Notes: generated by a model not told the origin, from the letters alone. Shown: positions 20,424 through 30,313, counted from the stretch's first letter. The stretch is DNA of 64,000 nt from Candidatus Thorarchaeota archaeon (GCA_020348985.1 CP070761.1:2355102-2419101); one strand, 5' to 3'. A program made the numbers and translations.

Positions 20424-20912
20424 ATGTCAGACCTATCAGCCGAAGAGATTCGGATTGTCGAGTTCGGAGAGGAAGACGCAGAGGAGCTTTCCGAGTTGTT
20501 CAGAGCCGTCTGGCTCTTGGCTACGGATTACCCTGAAGCTTGGCGCAAGAAGAGAATGTATACAAGGGACCAGGTTGTTTCCGACATGCGAAATGGCTAC
20601 CACTATTTTGGGAGCCGACTTCAAGGGAAGATAGTTGGTGTGTACAAGGCCAAGATCACTGAGAAGGGACTGATTGGTGAGCAACAGACAGTGGCTCCTG
20701 TCTGCAGGGGCACGGGTATGGCATCTGCCATGTACATTCAGTTCATTGAATACGGTAGGAAACACGGATGCCAGCGAGTCTATTGCAACATTCTGGCCGG
20801 GCAGGATGCTGGGGAGCGGCTAATGCAGAAATTCCAATTCCGTCCTTGGGGAGAGCCATATGAGCAACATCCAGGTATGTTAGTCCAACTCTACGAAAGG
20901 CCACTTGAATAA
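20424..20912 (+). CDS. GNAT-family N-acetyltransferase
   Basis: VAPVCRGTGMA acetyl-CoA binding motif; KFQF C-terminal motif. Confidence 0.8.
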   Translation: MSDLSAEEIRIVEFGEEDAEELSELFRAVWLLATDYPEAWRKKRMYTRDQVVSDMRNGYHYFGSRLQGKIVGVYKAKITEKGLIGEQQTVAPVCRGTGMASAMYIQFIEYGRKHGCQRVYCNILAGQDAGERLMQKFQFRPWGEPYEQHPGMLVQLYERPLE

Positions 20913-21003
20913 CCACACTCCTTTTTACTCCCACCCTGGTTTCATCCGGACGGCAATATCCTGACCAGAAGGTGCGCCCTTCTCAAAGAAACGAGGTTCA
21001 CAA

Positions 21004-22671
21004 ATGCAGACTGCTCCTATTCTAGTTGATGGCGAAGAACGAGATACAGGGGACTACGTACTGTTTCCTGACATGGACAAAGTGATTGCAGAACCTGGTT
21101 TAGCTATTGCTCTTCAGATGCAAAGCGCAGCCCATACGCACCGGCTTGTCTTCTCATATCTTCCTCAGCTTATTCCATCCAGCTCTGCAGAAATGATGTA
21201 CCTTAGGGATTACAGAAAGCATCATGGAACACCGAAGTATACGAAGGACGAACTCGACGACATAGTCTACGCCAAGATTTCCCAAGCTCGCGAGATCGAT
21301 ATCGCAGAAGCCATCCGGGCAGGCTCAAGAGACCATCTCAAGTTGTTCAATCCTTTCAGCCTTGATGGTCAAGGGGTAACGTTGGATAATAGGATCGATG
21401 CTCTGTTTGAGGCACTAACTGCGGTCAGAAATAGGTCCCAAGAGGTACGCGACATAACAGTTCGTGAGGGCACTCCTGCTAGCACTTTCGACTGGACATG
21501 GGATATGTTCACGGAATACTTGGAGAAGCATACATTCGAGCTTTGGGGCGAGGAGCTAGATGTTAGAGAAGCGCCTGGAAGGGATGGAGGCAGGAATTAC
21601 CAACTGAGAGAACCGTTCGGTGTTTCGTGCTTGTTTACTCCCTACAATGCACCGTTGGCCCTAGGCATTCTCAGCATTACATCGTCAATATTGGCCGGAA
21701 ATGCAACAATCCTAAAACCTCCTTCCAAGGTCCCACTCAGCACTATCCTCTTGGGCCGCTCATTCATGAGAACCTTTCTTGACATGGATCTCCCTGCAGG
21801 TATGCTTCAATTGCTTAATGGCGGTGGTAAACCGCTGATGAGGCGATTCATGCATGATGATGGAGTCAACGCCATTGTGTGGTATGGCGATAGTGACAGA
21901 GGTTTCGATATCTGGGCTGATGCAGTAAACAGAAGAGTGCAGATGGCTCCGGAGCTTGCGGGAAGTGATGCTTGTTTGGTATGGGGCAATGATCTTGATC
22001 TGGAGTCAGTTGCCAAGCTAGTGGTTAGAGGACGGTTTCTTGGCAGTGGGCAGGCATGCTTAGCGATCAAGCGCCTTTTGGTTCAGAATACACTCTTCCA
22101 TGATCTGCTGAGGTTACTCATCGAGGAGGCTGAGAAACTCAATGTTGGTCGTCCATCTGATCCCAGTACTGATCTTCCTCCTGTGGGTCTGACTGCACTT
22201 TATCTGCTGCTAGATCAGATGAGGGATGCTTTGGCTAAAGGAGCTGAAGTGCGGACAGGGGGTTCTCGTTGTAACTACTTGGACGAGGATGACCCGGCAG
22301 GGTTGTTCTACAGGCCTACGATCCTGACTAATGTAAACCTCGATATGCGGATTATGAATGAAGAGGTCTTTGCCCCGGCCCTGCCTATACTCACAGTAGA
22401 TAGAGTGGAGACCGCGATTGCAATTGCCAATTCTACACGTTTTGGTTTGAGGTCCTCCTTGTTTACCAATGAGATTGAATTAAAACGAAAGTGGGCTAAG
22501 GAGATACAAGCAGGGGGCGTGACCATAATGCAGGATCACCTATACTTCGATCCCCATATGCCACACCTAGGGGGCTACAAGGATTCAGGGATAATTGGTG
22601 CCAAGTACTTTCCTGTGATGCTCACGAGAATGAAGTATATTCACACTGGTCCTGGCTCTGAGCTTGTTTGA
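21004..22671 (+). CDS. Aldehyde dehydrogenase family protein
   Basis: REPFGV, PYNAP, KPPS, ELAG, GQAC, EEVFAP, GGYKDSG. Confidence 0.88.
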   Translation: MQTAPILVDGEERDTGDYVLFPDMDKVIAEPGLAIALQMQSAAHTHRLVFSYLPQLIPSSSAEMMYLRDYRKHHGTPKYTKDELDDIVYAKISQAREIDIAEAIRAGSRDHLKLFNPFSLDGQGVTLDNRIDALFEALTAVRNRSQEVRDITVREGTPASTFDWTWDMFTEYLEKHTFELWGEELDVREAPGRDGGRNYQLREPFGVSCLFTPYNAPLALGILSITSSILAGNATILKPPSKVPLSTILLGRSFMRTFLDMDLPAGMLQLLNGGGKPLMRRFMHDDGVNAIVWYGDSDRGFDIWADAVNRRVQMAPELAGSDACLVWGNDLDLESVAKLVVRGRFLGSGQACLAIKRLLVQNTLFHDLLRLLIEEAEKLNVGRPSDPSTDLPPVGLTALYLLLDQMRDALAKGAEVRTGGSRCNYLDEDDPAGLFYRPTILTNVNLDMRIMNEEVFAPALPILTVDRVETAIAIANSTRFGLRSSLFTNEIELKRKWAKEIQAGGVTIMQDHLYFDPHMPHLGGYKDSGIIGAKYFPVMLTRMKYIHTGPGSELV

Positions 22672-22684
22672 ATGGGACTCAAAG

Positions 22685-24028
22685 ATGGACGAACAAATGG
22701 ACAGAATCGACGGGCTATCTAAGAAGATCTGGCTAGAGGCCTTGAGAGTCCTGTCTGAGCATAGGGCCACGCGAATTTCGATGCGTGCGCACCTTAGAAA
22801 ATGGACTGCAACCATGGGGTACGACAAGAGGACACGATCTCTGGTTGAGACCCTAGTAATGGGCACAACAAGATACCGGAACACGATTGATTTCATTATC
22901 GCAAGAGTATCACATGTCACCGGCAAAGCACGTTTCAATACGTGGGAACATGGTGTGCTTCGACTTGTCCTATTCACTTGTCGGTGGTTGGGTCAAGATT
23001 TCAACAAGATTCTCGGATTTCTGGAGGGCGACTATCTACATGTTCAAAAACTGGCAAAGTTGGCAGTGACTTTCGATCTTGAACGAGCAGCATCTCGACT
23101 AGATGAGATAAGTATGTACAGCATTCTTCTCTCGCATCCAAGCTTCATTGTCGAGACACTGTTCGAGAACCTTTCAAAAGAAGATGCGATATCGTTGATG
23201 AAAGCCAACAATGAATCTCGAATCGTCTATCTGAGACCAAACATGCTATCACCTGACCGTCTCGCAGTTGAAGACCTCGCCAAAGAGACCTCTCTTGAAA
23301 TCTCCAAGGATAGTGACATTACGGGTCTCTACAGAATTGAGGGAAGTGCTGAACGCATCGTAACTTCAGAAGCATATACCAAAGGGCTAGTCATTCTACA
23401 GGACAAGACTAGCGTTATTGCTGTGAAGGCATTGTCGCCCTTGCATGGTGCGACAGTATGGGACGCTTGTGCAGCTCCAGGAATGAAGACTCAGCTCATA
23501 GAGGAATCAATGGACGAAACGAGTCGAGTTGTCGCTTCTGATGTCCACGTTGATCGTCTAAGAACAGCGCTGGATCAAGCGAAGCTCTATGGTATGAGAG
23601 GCGTTTCTTGGCTCTTATCAGATAGCATCACTTGCCCAGTTGTAGGGGCATCCCGAATCCTCATCGATGCGCCATGCTCTTCAACAGGTATGCTACGTAG
23701 CCATCCATCTCTCAAGTGGCGTTTGAACAAGGAAATGCTTCTGTCTCTCATGACGATACAGAATCGGATCTTGGACGGAGTAATCAGTGGATATGCGGAG
23801 AGACCGGGAACTGAAATTGTCTACGCGACGTGTTCCATACTCCCTCACGAAGGCGAATCACAAATAGACTCAACCATGGATCGACACAATGTAGAACTGC
23901 TGGATGCATCTCCCTACGGTAGACCAGGATACTCGGGATTCAAGTGTTCTAGCAAAGTCCGCAGATTCTTTCCTCATACTGACGGAACGAACGGGTTCTT
24001 CCTCGCGCGACTGCGGATTACTGGCTGA
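22685..24028 (+). CDS. RsmB/NOL1/NOP2 family RNA m5C methyltransferase
   Basis: DACAAPGMKT, DAPCS, YATCS, GFFLARL. Confidence 0.9.
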   Translation: MDEQMDRIDGLSKKIWLEALRVLSEHRATRISMRAHLRKWTATMGYDKRTRSLVETLVMGTTRYRNTIDFIIARVSHVTGKARFNTWEHGVLRLVLFTCRWLGQDFNKILGFLEGDYLHVQKLAKLAVTFDLERAASRLDEISMYSILLSHPSFIVETLFENLSKEDAISLMKANNESRIVYLRPNMLSPDRLAVEDLAKETSLEISKDSDITGLYRIEGSAERIVTSEAYTKGLVILQDKTSVIAVKALSPLHGATVWDACAAPGMKTQLIEESMDETSRVVASDVHVDRLRTALDQAKLYGMRGVSWLLSDSITCPVVGASRILIDAPCSSTGMLRSHPSLKWRLNKEMLLSLMTIQNRILDGVISGYAERPGTEIVYATCSILPHEGESQIDSTMDRHNVELLDASPYGRPGYSGFKCSSKVRRFFPHTDGTNGFFLARLRITG

Positions 24029-24962
24029 TTCTTCGTTGGACAGAGTCCATGACCCTTCGAGCAAATTCCCGGTCGTCCTTGAAGCTCCATGGAATGTCAA
24101 AGAACCGTTTCTGAGCACTATCTATTGCTTCAACTTCTCTACTCACGAGAGCTCGGAATACAAGCTTCGTCCAAGTGAAGCAGGCGCTCTCTTGGAAAGA
24201 CTTTGCGTGTCCAGACTCTGACACGAAGCTTGTTAGATATACAAGGCCGGCCTTCGGATTTCCTAGCATTAGATCTGCGAGAGCGGCCATACAAGCAAAT
24301 GTGATTGCGTTCTCGAGCATGCCCGAGTTCAGATAGGTCTCAGCTCCCTCTCTGTATTCAGTTGCTTTTTTCGAATACAACTGCCTACCATCTACTACCA
24401 CGAGGTCTCCTTGCTCTTCTCTCTCAGCCTTCCTGAGCTTGACTCCCCCAAGAATACTTGCTTTGAGTTCTGCCTGCATGTCCACAATGTCTGATCTCTC
24501 AATGGACTCCCTCATTGCCTTAACGAAATCGGTACCAGCCTGAGCCAAAGCTCGCTTGATGATTGGGTTCTTGAGCGAAGCATCACCGGCTGCAACTCCT
24601 TCCTCGAAGATGTTTCTGGCGTAACGAAACAGGTCGTATGCTTTTTCGTTGAGATGAATCTTCACAGCGAAATCGATGGCTTTTACGTAGGCCATTATCG
24701 CATTGTCAGTTTCGCCCAGATTTTCAAAGTGGGTTGCCGAGTCGATTAGCCATGGAAAGGCGTCAGTGCTCTCTGTTCTGATTGAATCCTGACCCCTGGA
24801 AAGAGATCTATAGGCATCGACGCATATCACAGAAAGGTCCTGATTAGAGCACTTTGCTGTCATTTCACCGACAGGAAGCACGACGTTTCTTAGGCGGCAA
24901 GTATAGCCCGCCTTCGAAACCTCAAGCCAATCGCACCTCTCGTCCGCGGTCACCCTTTGCAT
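24018..24962 (-). CDS. Hypothetical protein: N-terminal Cys4 motif + TPR/SNAP-like helical repeats
   Basis: Start reassigned to MQRVTA to avoid overlap with PDCD5; Ala-rich amphipathic helices. Confidence 0.65.
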   Translation of the reverse strand: MQRVTADERCDWLEVSKAGYTCRLRNVVLPVGEMTAKCSNQDLSVICVDAYRSLSRGQDSIRTESTDAFPWLIDSATHFENLGETDNAIMAYVKAIDFAVKIHLNEKAYDLFRYARNIFEEGVAAGDASLKNPIIKRALAQAGTDFVKAMRESIERSDIVDMQAELKASILGGVKLRKAEREEQGDLVVVDGRQLYSKKATEYREGAETYLNSGMLENAITFACMAALADLMLGNPKAGLVYLTSFVSESGHAKSFQESACFTWTKLVFRALVSREVEAIDSAQKRFFDIPWSFKDDREFARRVMDSVQRRISQ

Positions 24963-25091
24963 CCCATTCGACTTGTTGCGAATCCCAAATTGATGGTCGT
25001 TCGCTTGCAGGATAATCGTGATATCCGCTAAAAAAGGAATCCTTGCTGCATTTGACCAAGCGGTATCCTTAACTACACAATATCTGGCGAC

Positions 25092-25514
25092 ATGTTCGAG
25101 GTTCTCACCCTGAGTGACGATGATTCGGAGCTTGCCATTATAAGAAGGAAGAAGATGGCAAAGATAGTGGCAAGAGAAAAGCAACTCCAGGCAACAAAGG
25201 AAAAGGAAGAGAAGATTGAAGCCGAGCGCTCCAATCTTCTGAAGAGATACCTTGCGTCGGATGCATATGAATACCTCAAACGTCTGAAGAAGAATCAACC
25301 TGGAATAGGCAATCGTGTTGAAGAAATCATCTTGTATCTCATAGTCTACAGGGGGTTGAGACAGACCATAAGTCAGCTTGATGTGAGGTACATTGAGCGA
25401 CAGATAAGGGGAGAAGGTCCCAAGATTAGAGTTCAAAGGAATGGCGAAACATCCGATTTCGGCGCCTATGTTAAAGAAGCGATAAGAAAGGGGACGAACA
25501 AACCGTCTGACTGA
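25092..25514 (+). CDS. PDCD5-like double-stranded DNA-binding protein
   Basis: DSELAIIRRKKM, L...AYEYL, VEEIIL, KIRVQR pattern of archaeal PDCD5. Confidence 0.75.
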   Translation: MFEVLTLSDDDSELAIIRRKKMAKIVAREKQLQATKEKEEKIEAERSNLLKRYLASDAYEYLKRLKKNQPGIGNRVEEIILYLIVYRGLRQTISQLDVRYIERQIRGEGPKIRVQRNGETSDFGAYVKEAIRKGTNKPSD

Positions 25515-25524
25515 GTTCAGGAGG

Positions 25525-26415
25525 CTAAAGGGCTCTCGACTTCCAGTCTCTGATTCTGTACTGCAATTCCTCTACGTCACCTGGCTTGTTCTTCCACGTT
25601 CCTGCTGTCCTACGCATTTCGAAGACAAGTGAACCTCCTCGGCTCAGTTTCTGCTCTAGAATATCGACTGCAGTCTCGAGAGCTTCCACGATACCTTCTC
25701 TGCCCTCTGCTTTGCCCACAATGTCAACAAGCGAATCGAAGATTGCGGGAGGGTCCAAGGAGCGCCACTCTTCCCTCGGAATCTTGACCTCTCGATGACG
25801 AGCAGCTGGAACCACAGTATGTTCATCATCCAATTCAACTTCTCCGGCAGCCTGTAGTGCATCAACAATCTCGTAGGCCTGATGTACGTCGGTGACTAAG
25901 ACGGATGCAATCTCTTCAAGTCTTATACTCCGTTTTGCCAGAACTAGATTCAAGACCTTGCATTGAGGGTCGCCCACTTCTAATAGAACCTCCCTCAAGG
26001 CATTGAGAGACTCTGGTTTTTCATTCAGGACTGCTGTTGCTGCTTGTGAAAGCACTTTGAGTCCATGTTCGAGCGAAGAGACAGATGTTCTCAAAGAAGT
26101 CAACTCCTCTTCCTTACTGGTATCTTCGGAGGGCTCATGCTTATGCGACAGCGCTTTGGTCTGGGCCGCTCTCATGTCTCGCATGTCATGGCCTACCTTC
26201 TCCAATGCTGCCTTGTACCGATTGGCATCCCCTCTCAGAGTTTGAATCTCCAGATCCTTGGAGGCAAGAAGATCTTCGAAGCGTTTTGCGTCTTCTGCCA
26301 GCTCATGTGCCCGTCTCTGAGCGCCACTCAACTGTGCTTGTAGAACCTCTATCTTCTGGTTCAAGCTCTGGATCGTGATTAGCTGGTCTCTCAATCTCGC
26401 TTCAAGCTCAGACAA
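25525..26415 (-). CDS. Coiled-coil protein with central winged-helix and C-terminal helical domain
   Basis: TTG start after AGGTGA RBS; heptad-rich N-terminal half; wHTH-like IRLEEIASVL...YEIVDALQAAGEV. Confidence 0.7.
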   Translation of the reverse strand: MSELEARLRDQLITIQSLNQKIEVLQAQLSGAQRRAHELAEDAKRFEDLLASKDLEIQTLRGDANRYKAALEKVGHDMRDMRAAQTKALSHKHEPSEDTSKEEELTSLRTSVSSLEHGLKVLSQAATAVLNEKPESLNALREVLLEVGDPQCKVLNLVLAKRSIRLEEIASVLVTDVHQAYEIVDALQAAGEVELDDEHTVVPAARHREVKIPREEWRSLDPPAIFDSLVDIVGKAEGREGIVEALETAVDILEQKLSRGGSLVFEMRRTAGTWKNKPGDVEELQYRIRDWKSRAL

Positions 26416-26521
26416 TAAACATTCACCTTTACATAGGCTCAGATGCCAACTATTATGTAACTCAAGATAAGGTGATTTATGCTGGAGTACAAACGTCGAG
26501 ATAACAGGAGACAGTCTTTCC

Positions 26522-27274
26522 ATGGAGCTTTTTGACGCGCACACGCATCTAGACATGAAGCACTTCAAAAACGACCTTCATAGAGTTCTAGAGAGAGCAC
26601 GTGCTGCAGGTGTACAAGGGCTTGTGAATTCCTCGATAGGTCCTGGATCATTTCGACGAACATTGGGCATAGTCAAGAAATATCCGGATTATGTGTATCA
26701 TTCCCCGGGATGTTCAGTCTCCCAATTGACCGAGGACGATGCTGACGCCATAGACATCCTAATTAGAAAGTACAAGGACCAGATTGTGGCCATTGGAGAA
26801 GTCGGTCTCGACTATCACTGGGTTCGTGACAGTGAAGGCAGAAAGGCCCAAGAACCCCTTTTTGTGAGATTCATTGATCTTGCTGACGAACTAAACCTCC
26901 CCCTTGTAGTTCACTCACGGAAGGCCGAAGCAGAGGCCCTCAGAATACTCGAGAGACAGTTTCAGGGTGATGTTCTGATGCACTGCTTCGATGGAACCTC
27001 TGATTCGGCCAAGAAGATACGAGACCTGGGGTGGAAAATCACGCTCCCCACCAACTTCAGGAAGTATCGGAATCGCGTTGAGGCGACAGCAATCCTCCCC
27101 CTTGAACAGATTCTCTTGGAGACTGACGGTCCTTATCTCTCACCCACCGAAGGCCGAAACGAACCGGCTAATCTTAGCATAGGTTGCACAGACCTGGCCG
27201 ATCTTCTTGGACAACCAGTCGAAGATGTGGCAAAATCAACCACACAGAACTCAAGGCGCTTCTATGGTGTCTAG
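26522..27274 (+). CDS. tatD: TatD family DNase
   Basis: DAHTHL, AIGEVGLDY, VHSR, MHCF, LETDGP. Confidence 0.93.
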   Translation: MELFDAHTHLDMKHFKNDLHRVLERARAAGVQGLVNSSIGPGSFRRTLGIVKKYPDYVYHSPGCSVSQLTEDDADAIDILIRKYKDQIVAIGEVGLDYHWVRDSEGRKAQEPLFVRFIDLADELNLPLVVHSRKAEAEALRILERQFQGDVLMHCFDGTSDSAKKIRDLGWKITLPTNFRKYRNRVEATAILPLEQILLETDGPYLSPTEGRNEPANLSIGCTDLADLLGQPVEDVAKSTTQNSRRFYGV

Positions 27275-27338
27275 GACGCCCTCATGCAAAGGACCATATG
27301 AGAAGTATGAGTATTCACAATGTTGGAAGAGACGAACG

Positions 27339-28130
27339 ATGTACAAACGAAAGTTCATTGATGTTGACGAATCAACTCTGAAAAAACCGGTCGCTATAGT
27401 TGGCCTTCCTGGAATCGCTAACGTCGGAAGAGTAGCGGTTGAATCATTAGTTGAATCTCTTGATGCGGTTCATTTCATGGATTTCTTTAGTGATGACTTT
27501 CCGCCTAGAGTCATAGTAAAGGATGGAATCTCGGAGTTTCCCACTTCGTCAATGTATCTCTATCGTGCGGCACCTGATGAGCCCAACGATGTTATCCTTC
27601 TCACCGCTGAATACCAGCCATCGTCAGGACAAGGAGTATTCGCATATGCAGACTTTGTCGCCCAGGAATTCGCGAAGATTGGGGTTTTGGAAGTCTTTGC
27701 AGTTGCTGCTTATGAACAAGGATACGAAGACTTTCTTGGCACATTTCCTGCGGGTCCGCGAGTCTATGTTTCTGCATCTTCCCAAGATCTTCTTAGAAGG
27801 ATTACGGCCATTGATGGCTTTGCTGTGGCGATGAACGGTGTCATTAATGGTGCCAATGGTGTTATTCCGGCGTGGGCCGCTAGTATGTACAACATGGAGA
27901 GCGCATGTCTTCTCGGAGAGACTATGGGTGTCATCAAGATGGACTTCAGGGCTGCAAAGGCCGTGCTAGATAAGCTAGGTCAGCTTATTGGACTCAAGAC
28001 CGATTTCGCATTCCTTGATGAACGTGTCCTGAAGGTTATTCAGTTCATTGAATGGGCTAGAGATGAAGTATCTCAGAAAGGAAGCCGGTCTGACACAAGC
28101 GAAAGCCCACCCGACAGGTACATTGGCTAG
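27339..28130 (+). CDS. PAC2 family proteasome assembly chaperone
   Basis: GLPGIANVG, FPP, QP, CLLGET, D.RAAK motifs. Confidence 0.85.
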   Translation: MYKRKFIDVDESTLKKPVAIVGLPGIANVGRVAVESLVESLDAVHFMDFFSDDFPPRVIVKDGISEFPTSSMYLYRAAPDEPNDVILLTAEYQPSSGQGVFAYADFVAQEFAKIGVLEVFAVAAYEQGYEDFLGTFPAGPRVYVSASSQDLLRRITAIDGFAVAMNGVINGANGVIPAWAASMYNMESACLLGETMGVIKMDFRAAKAVLDKLGQLIGLKTDFAFLDERVLKVIQFIEWARDEVSQKGSRSDTSESPPDRYIG

Positions 28131-28132
28131 AC

Positions 28133-28330
28133 TCACTCTACAAGCTCTGGATGCAGAATATCTGTGATCCAGGCGCGACTATCTAGGTTGATATAGAAGT
28201 AATGGTCGTCGTGGACCACTTTCACCTGAAATGGGAACCTCTTCGCATGTTTGAGGACACCCTCAGATACTTTGATTGCTGTTCGTTTATCGCAAACTGG
28301 ACATTTCGCGTATCTCTCGATCAAATCCAT
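28133..28330 (-). CDS. Small CPxC/HxxH metal-binding protein
   Basis: CPVC...FP...HDDH..YINLD; GAGGG RBS. Confidence 0.7.
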   Translation of the reverse strand: MDLIERYAKCPVCDKRTAIKVSEGVLKHAKRFPFQVKVVHDDHYFYINLDSRAWITDILHPELVE

Positions 28331-28335
28331 TCCCT

Positions 28336-28758
28336 CTATGTCTTTACCTTCGAATCGGAACTCATGACAAGCGATGCGTCACAATCACCTGGCTTGCTCA
28401 GGGCTTTCGCAAAGATCGCCATAATACTCTCAGGATCAAGTGAGGCGAAAGCGTCACTATCGGTTCCTACAATTCGCAAATTCTCGTAAACACCAGATTC
28501 CACTAGAACTTGAACCCGTTCACCTTCGTGATTCAACGCGACAATGAGGAATTTGGCGAAGTCTTTGAACTCGCCTTTAGGTCCTCTCAACGATGCTTTG
28601 ATACGTTCGATTCGGTTGTTATCTATGCATGAAGCTAGGAGATAGGAACGAATAATCCTGTTTCCTACCTTCCTTCGGATGTCCATGAAAGAAAGTGGAC
28701 TCTCGCCATCGATTTTCAGTGTCCAAGAACGATTCAAGCCTAATGGGCCACCCATCAT
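28336..28758 (-). CDS. Hypothetical protein
   Basis: Co-oriented 5 bp upstream of the Zn-finger gene; start uncertain. Confidence 0.6.
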   Translation of the reverse strand: MMGGPLGLNRSWTLKIDGESPLSFMDIRRKVGNRIIRSYLLASCIDNNRIERIKASLRGPKGEFKDFAKFLIVALNHEGERVQVLVESGVYENLRIVGTDSDAFASLDPESIMAIFAKALSKPGDCDASLVMSSDSKVKT

Positions 28759-28917
28759 CCATTTGCTATGTGCAATATAGAAGTTACTTGGCTGAACCAT
28801 TTGGGCAGCTCCTTGCATGCCCCTGTGGTCATTTCGCCGTAAGTCATCGTGTCCCACGAATCTTTATTTGATGGTAAGCTTACCAAAGTTCCATAAGGTA
28901 CGTCAGGAGCGGGTTTC

Positions 28918-29628
28918 ATGCTGCAGACAATCGATATGATTATTCGCGAAGTCCATGTGGGCTTGTGGTTCCTTGTAGTGGGGTACTACTTCTTCATCTT
29001 CATATTCCTTTTAGCTTTCCGATGGCGCAAGAGCCGAAATCCCTTCCAGCTTGCAATGGCATTGTTCTTCCTGTTCCTGGCTGTAGGCCGGTGTTTCTTC
29101 TTCATAGGCGACTTCTACGCAGATGCCACCTCTCTCTATGGCACATTGCCTAGCTACACAGGTCCGTTTCTCCCAGCAACTGATGTTTGGCTTAGAGCAG
29201 GTGGATTCTTCCAATGGATGGCCCTTGGTATTCTCGCTGCAACGGCCGGCTTCATGATTTTCGGGAAGCGCTGGGCTGAGATTGGATTCGCTAGTGTTGC
29301 AATTGCCATCGGTATTGGTCTTGCCGTTCTACCCTACGCTTCCGTTCGCGACATATCAGGACTATTCGGAATCGGATATGCCCTTTTCATTCCTTTGCTA
29401 TTCTGGTACCTTGCGTGGCAGTCCGGAGGTATTCTGAGACGTTCCAATTTCGTCCTTGGTTTCGGTTTCCTTATTCTTTTCGCAGGACGGGTTGTGCATG
29501 CTGCCCGCCACGTCCTTGCGGACGTGGTGTTTATGAGCGAGACAATCCCTGGGGTCTTGGCACCTGGACTGATCATCATAGGACTAATCCTAATTGCGAT
29601 AGCAAATGAATGGGCTCAGACCCAATAG
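28918..29628 (+). CDS. Polytopic membrane protein (about 7 TM)
   Basis: Seven hydrophobic segments; no recognised family motif. Confidence 0.75.
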   Translation: MLQTIDMIIREVHVGLWFLVVGYYFFIFIFLLAFRWRKSRNPFQLAMALFFLFLAVGRCFFFIGDFYADATSLYGTLPSYTGPFLPATDVWLRAGGFFQWMALGILAATAGFMIFGKRWAEIGFASVAIAIGIGLAVLPYASVRDISGLFGIGYALFIPLLFWYLAWQSGGILRRSNFVLGFGFLILFAGRVVHAARHVLADVVFMSETIPGVLAPGLIIIGLILIAIANEWAQTQ

Positions 29629-29701
29629 CCTCACGAGCTTCGTTTGAGGTTATGAGAATTCATGTGTTGTCAGAAAATGCTTAAGAACTGTACGTGATTG
29701 A

Positions 29702-30313
29702 CTAGCCTATCTCCTTCCACTCAAGCATCTTCATGTCCTCGAGTGTGTGCAGCGACTTATTCACTTCCTTTTCTGGAAGCCCAAGCTGATCTGCAATGTC
29801 TCTTGCTGTCAACTTGCCTTTGCACATCTTTGCGACATCAAACACCCGCTGAGAGATCTGTCCAAGTCGAACCGACATTGGTGATACTTTCCCCTTGAGA
29901 AGGGGCACAATGATCTTCTGTTCAGATGCTCGGCCCATGTCAGTAAGGTTGTCTACTACTGCCTTGAACTTCTCGAAAGGCTCCAAGTTCCCGTCCCAGT
30001 TCTCGAGTACACTGGTGTATTCCTTGACGAATTCGTTGTTGACCTCTGCGAGGACTGCCATCGCAGCATTTCCGTCGTCGGTCTTGTCGATTGTTCCGGC
30101 AACGATTATGTTCTCCTTCAAAGAGAGACAAATGTTGAATTCACCAAACTCGATGACATGCACTCTGTTTCCGGAGCTCAACTCTCTTCCAAACTGAATT
30201 AGGGCTGTAAGAAAGCCAGCAATTAGGTTGGGGTCCAGTTCAGCCTGCCCGTATTTTCTGTCAAGTACGCATAATCCGCTGTCGGCAATCAAGACATAGA
30301 GCGCTTGGATCAA
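29702..30313 (-). CDS. Longin-like domain protein with C-terminal winged helix
   Basis: MIQALYVLIADSGLCVL..Y, LIAGFLTAL..F, EF...Y...W.G..EPF longin pattern; C-terminal LTARDIADQLG HTH. Confidence 0.78.
   Translation of the reverse strand: MIQALYVLIADSGLCVLDRKYGQAELDPNLIAGFLTALIQFGRELSSGNRVHVIEFGEFNICLSLKENIIVAGTIDKTDDGNAAMAVLAEVNNEFVKEYTSVLENWDGNLEPFEKFKAVVDNLTDMGRASEQKIIVPLLKGKVSPMSVRLGQISQRVFDVAKMCKGKLTARDIADQLGLPEKEVNKSLHTLEDMKMLEWKEIG

Noticed and set aside
24963-25436. N-terminal extension of the 472-aa minus-strand ORF
   Set aside because: It is the antisense shadow of the PDCD5-like gene; the true start is more plausibly 24962
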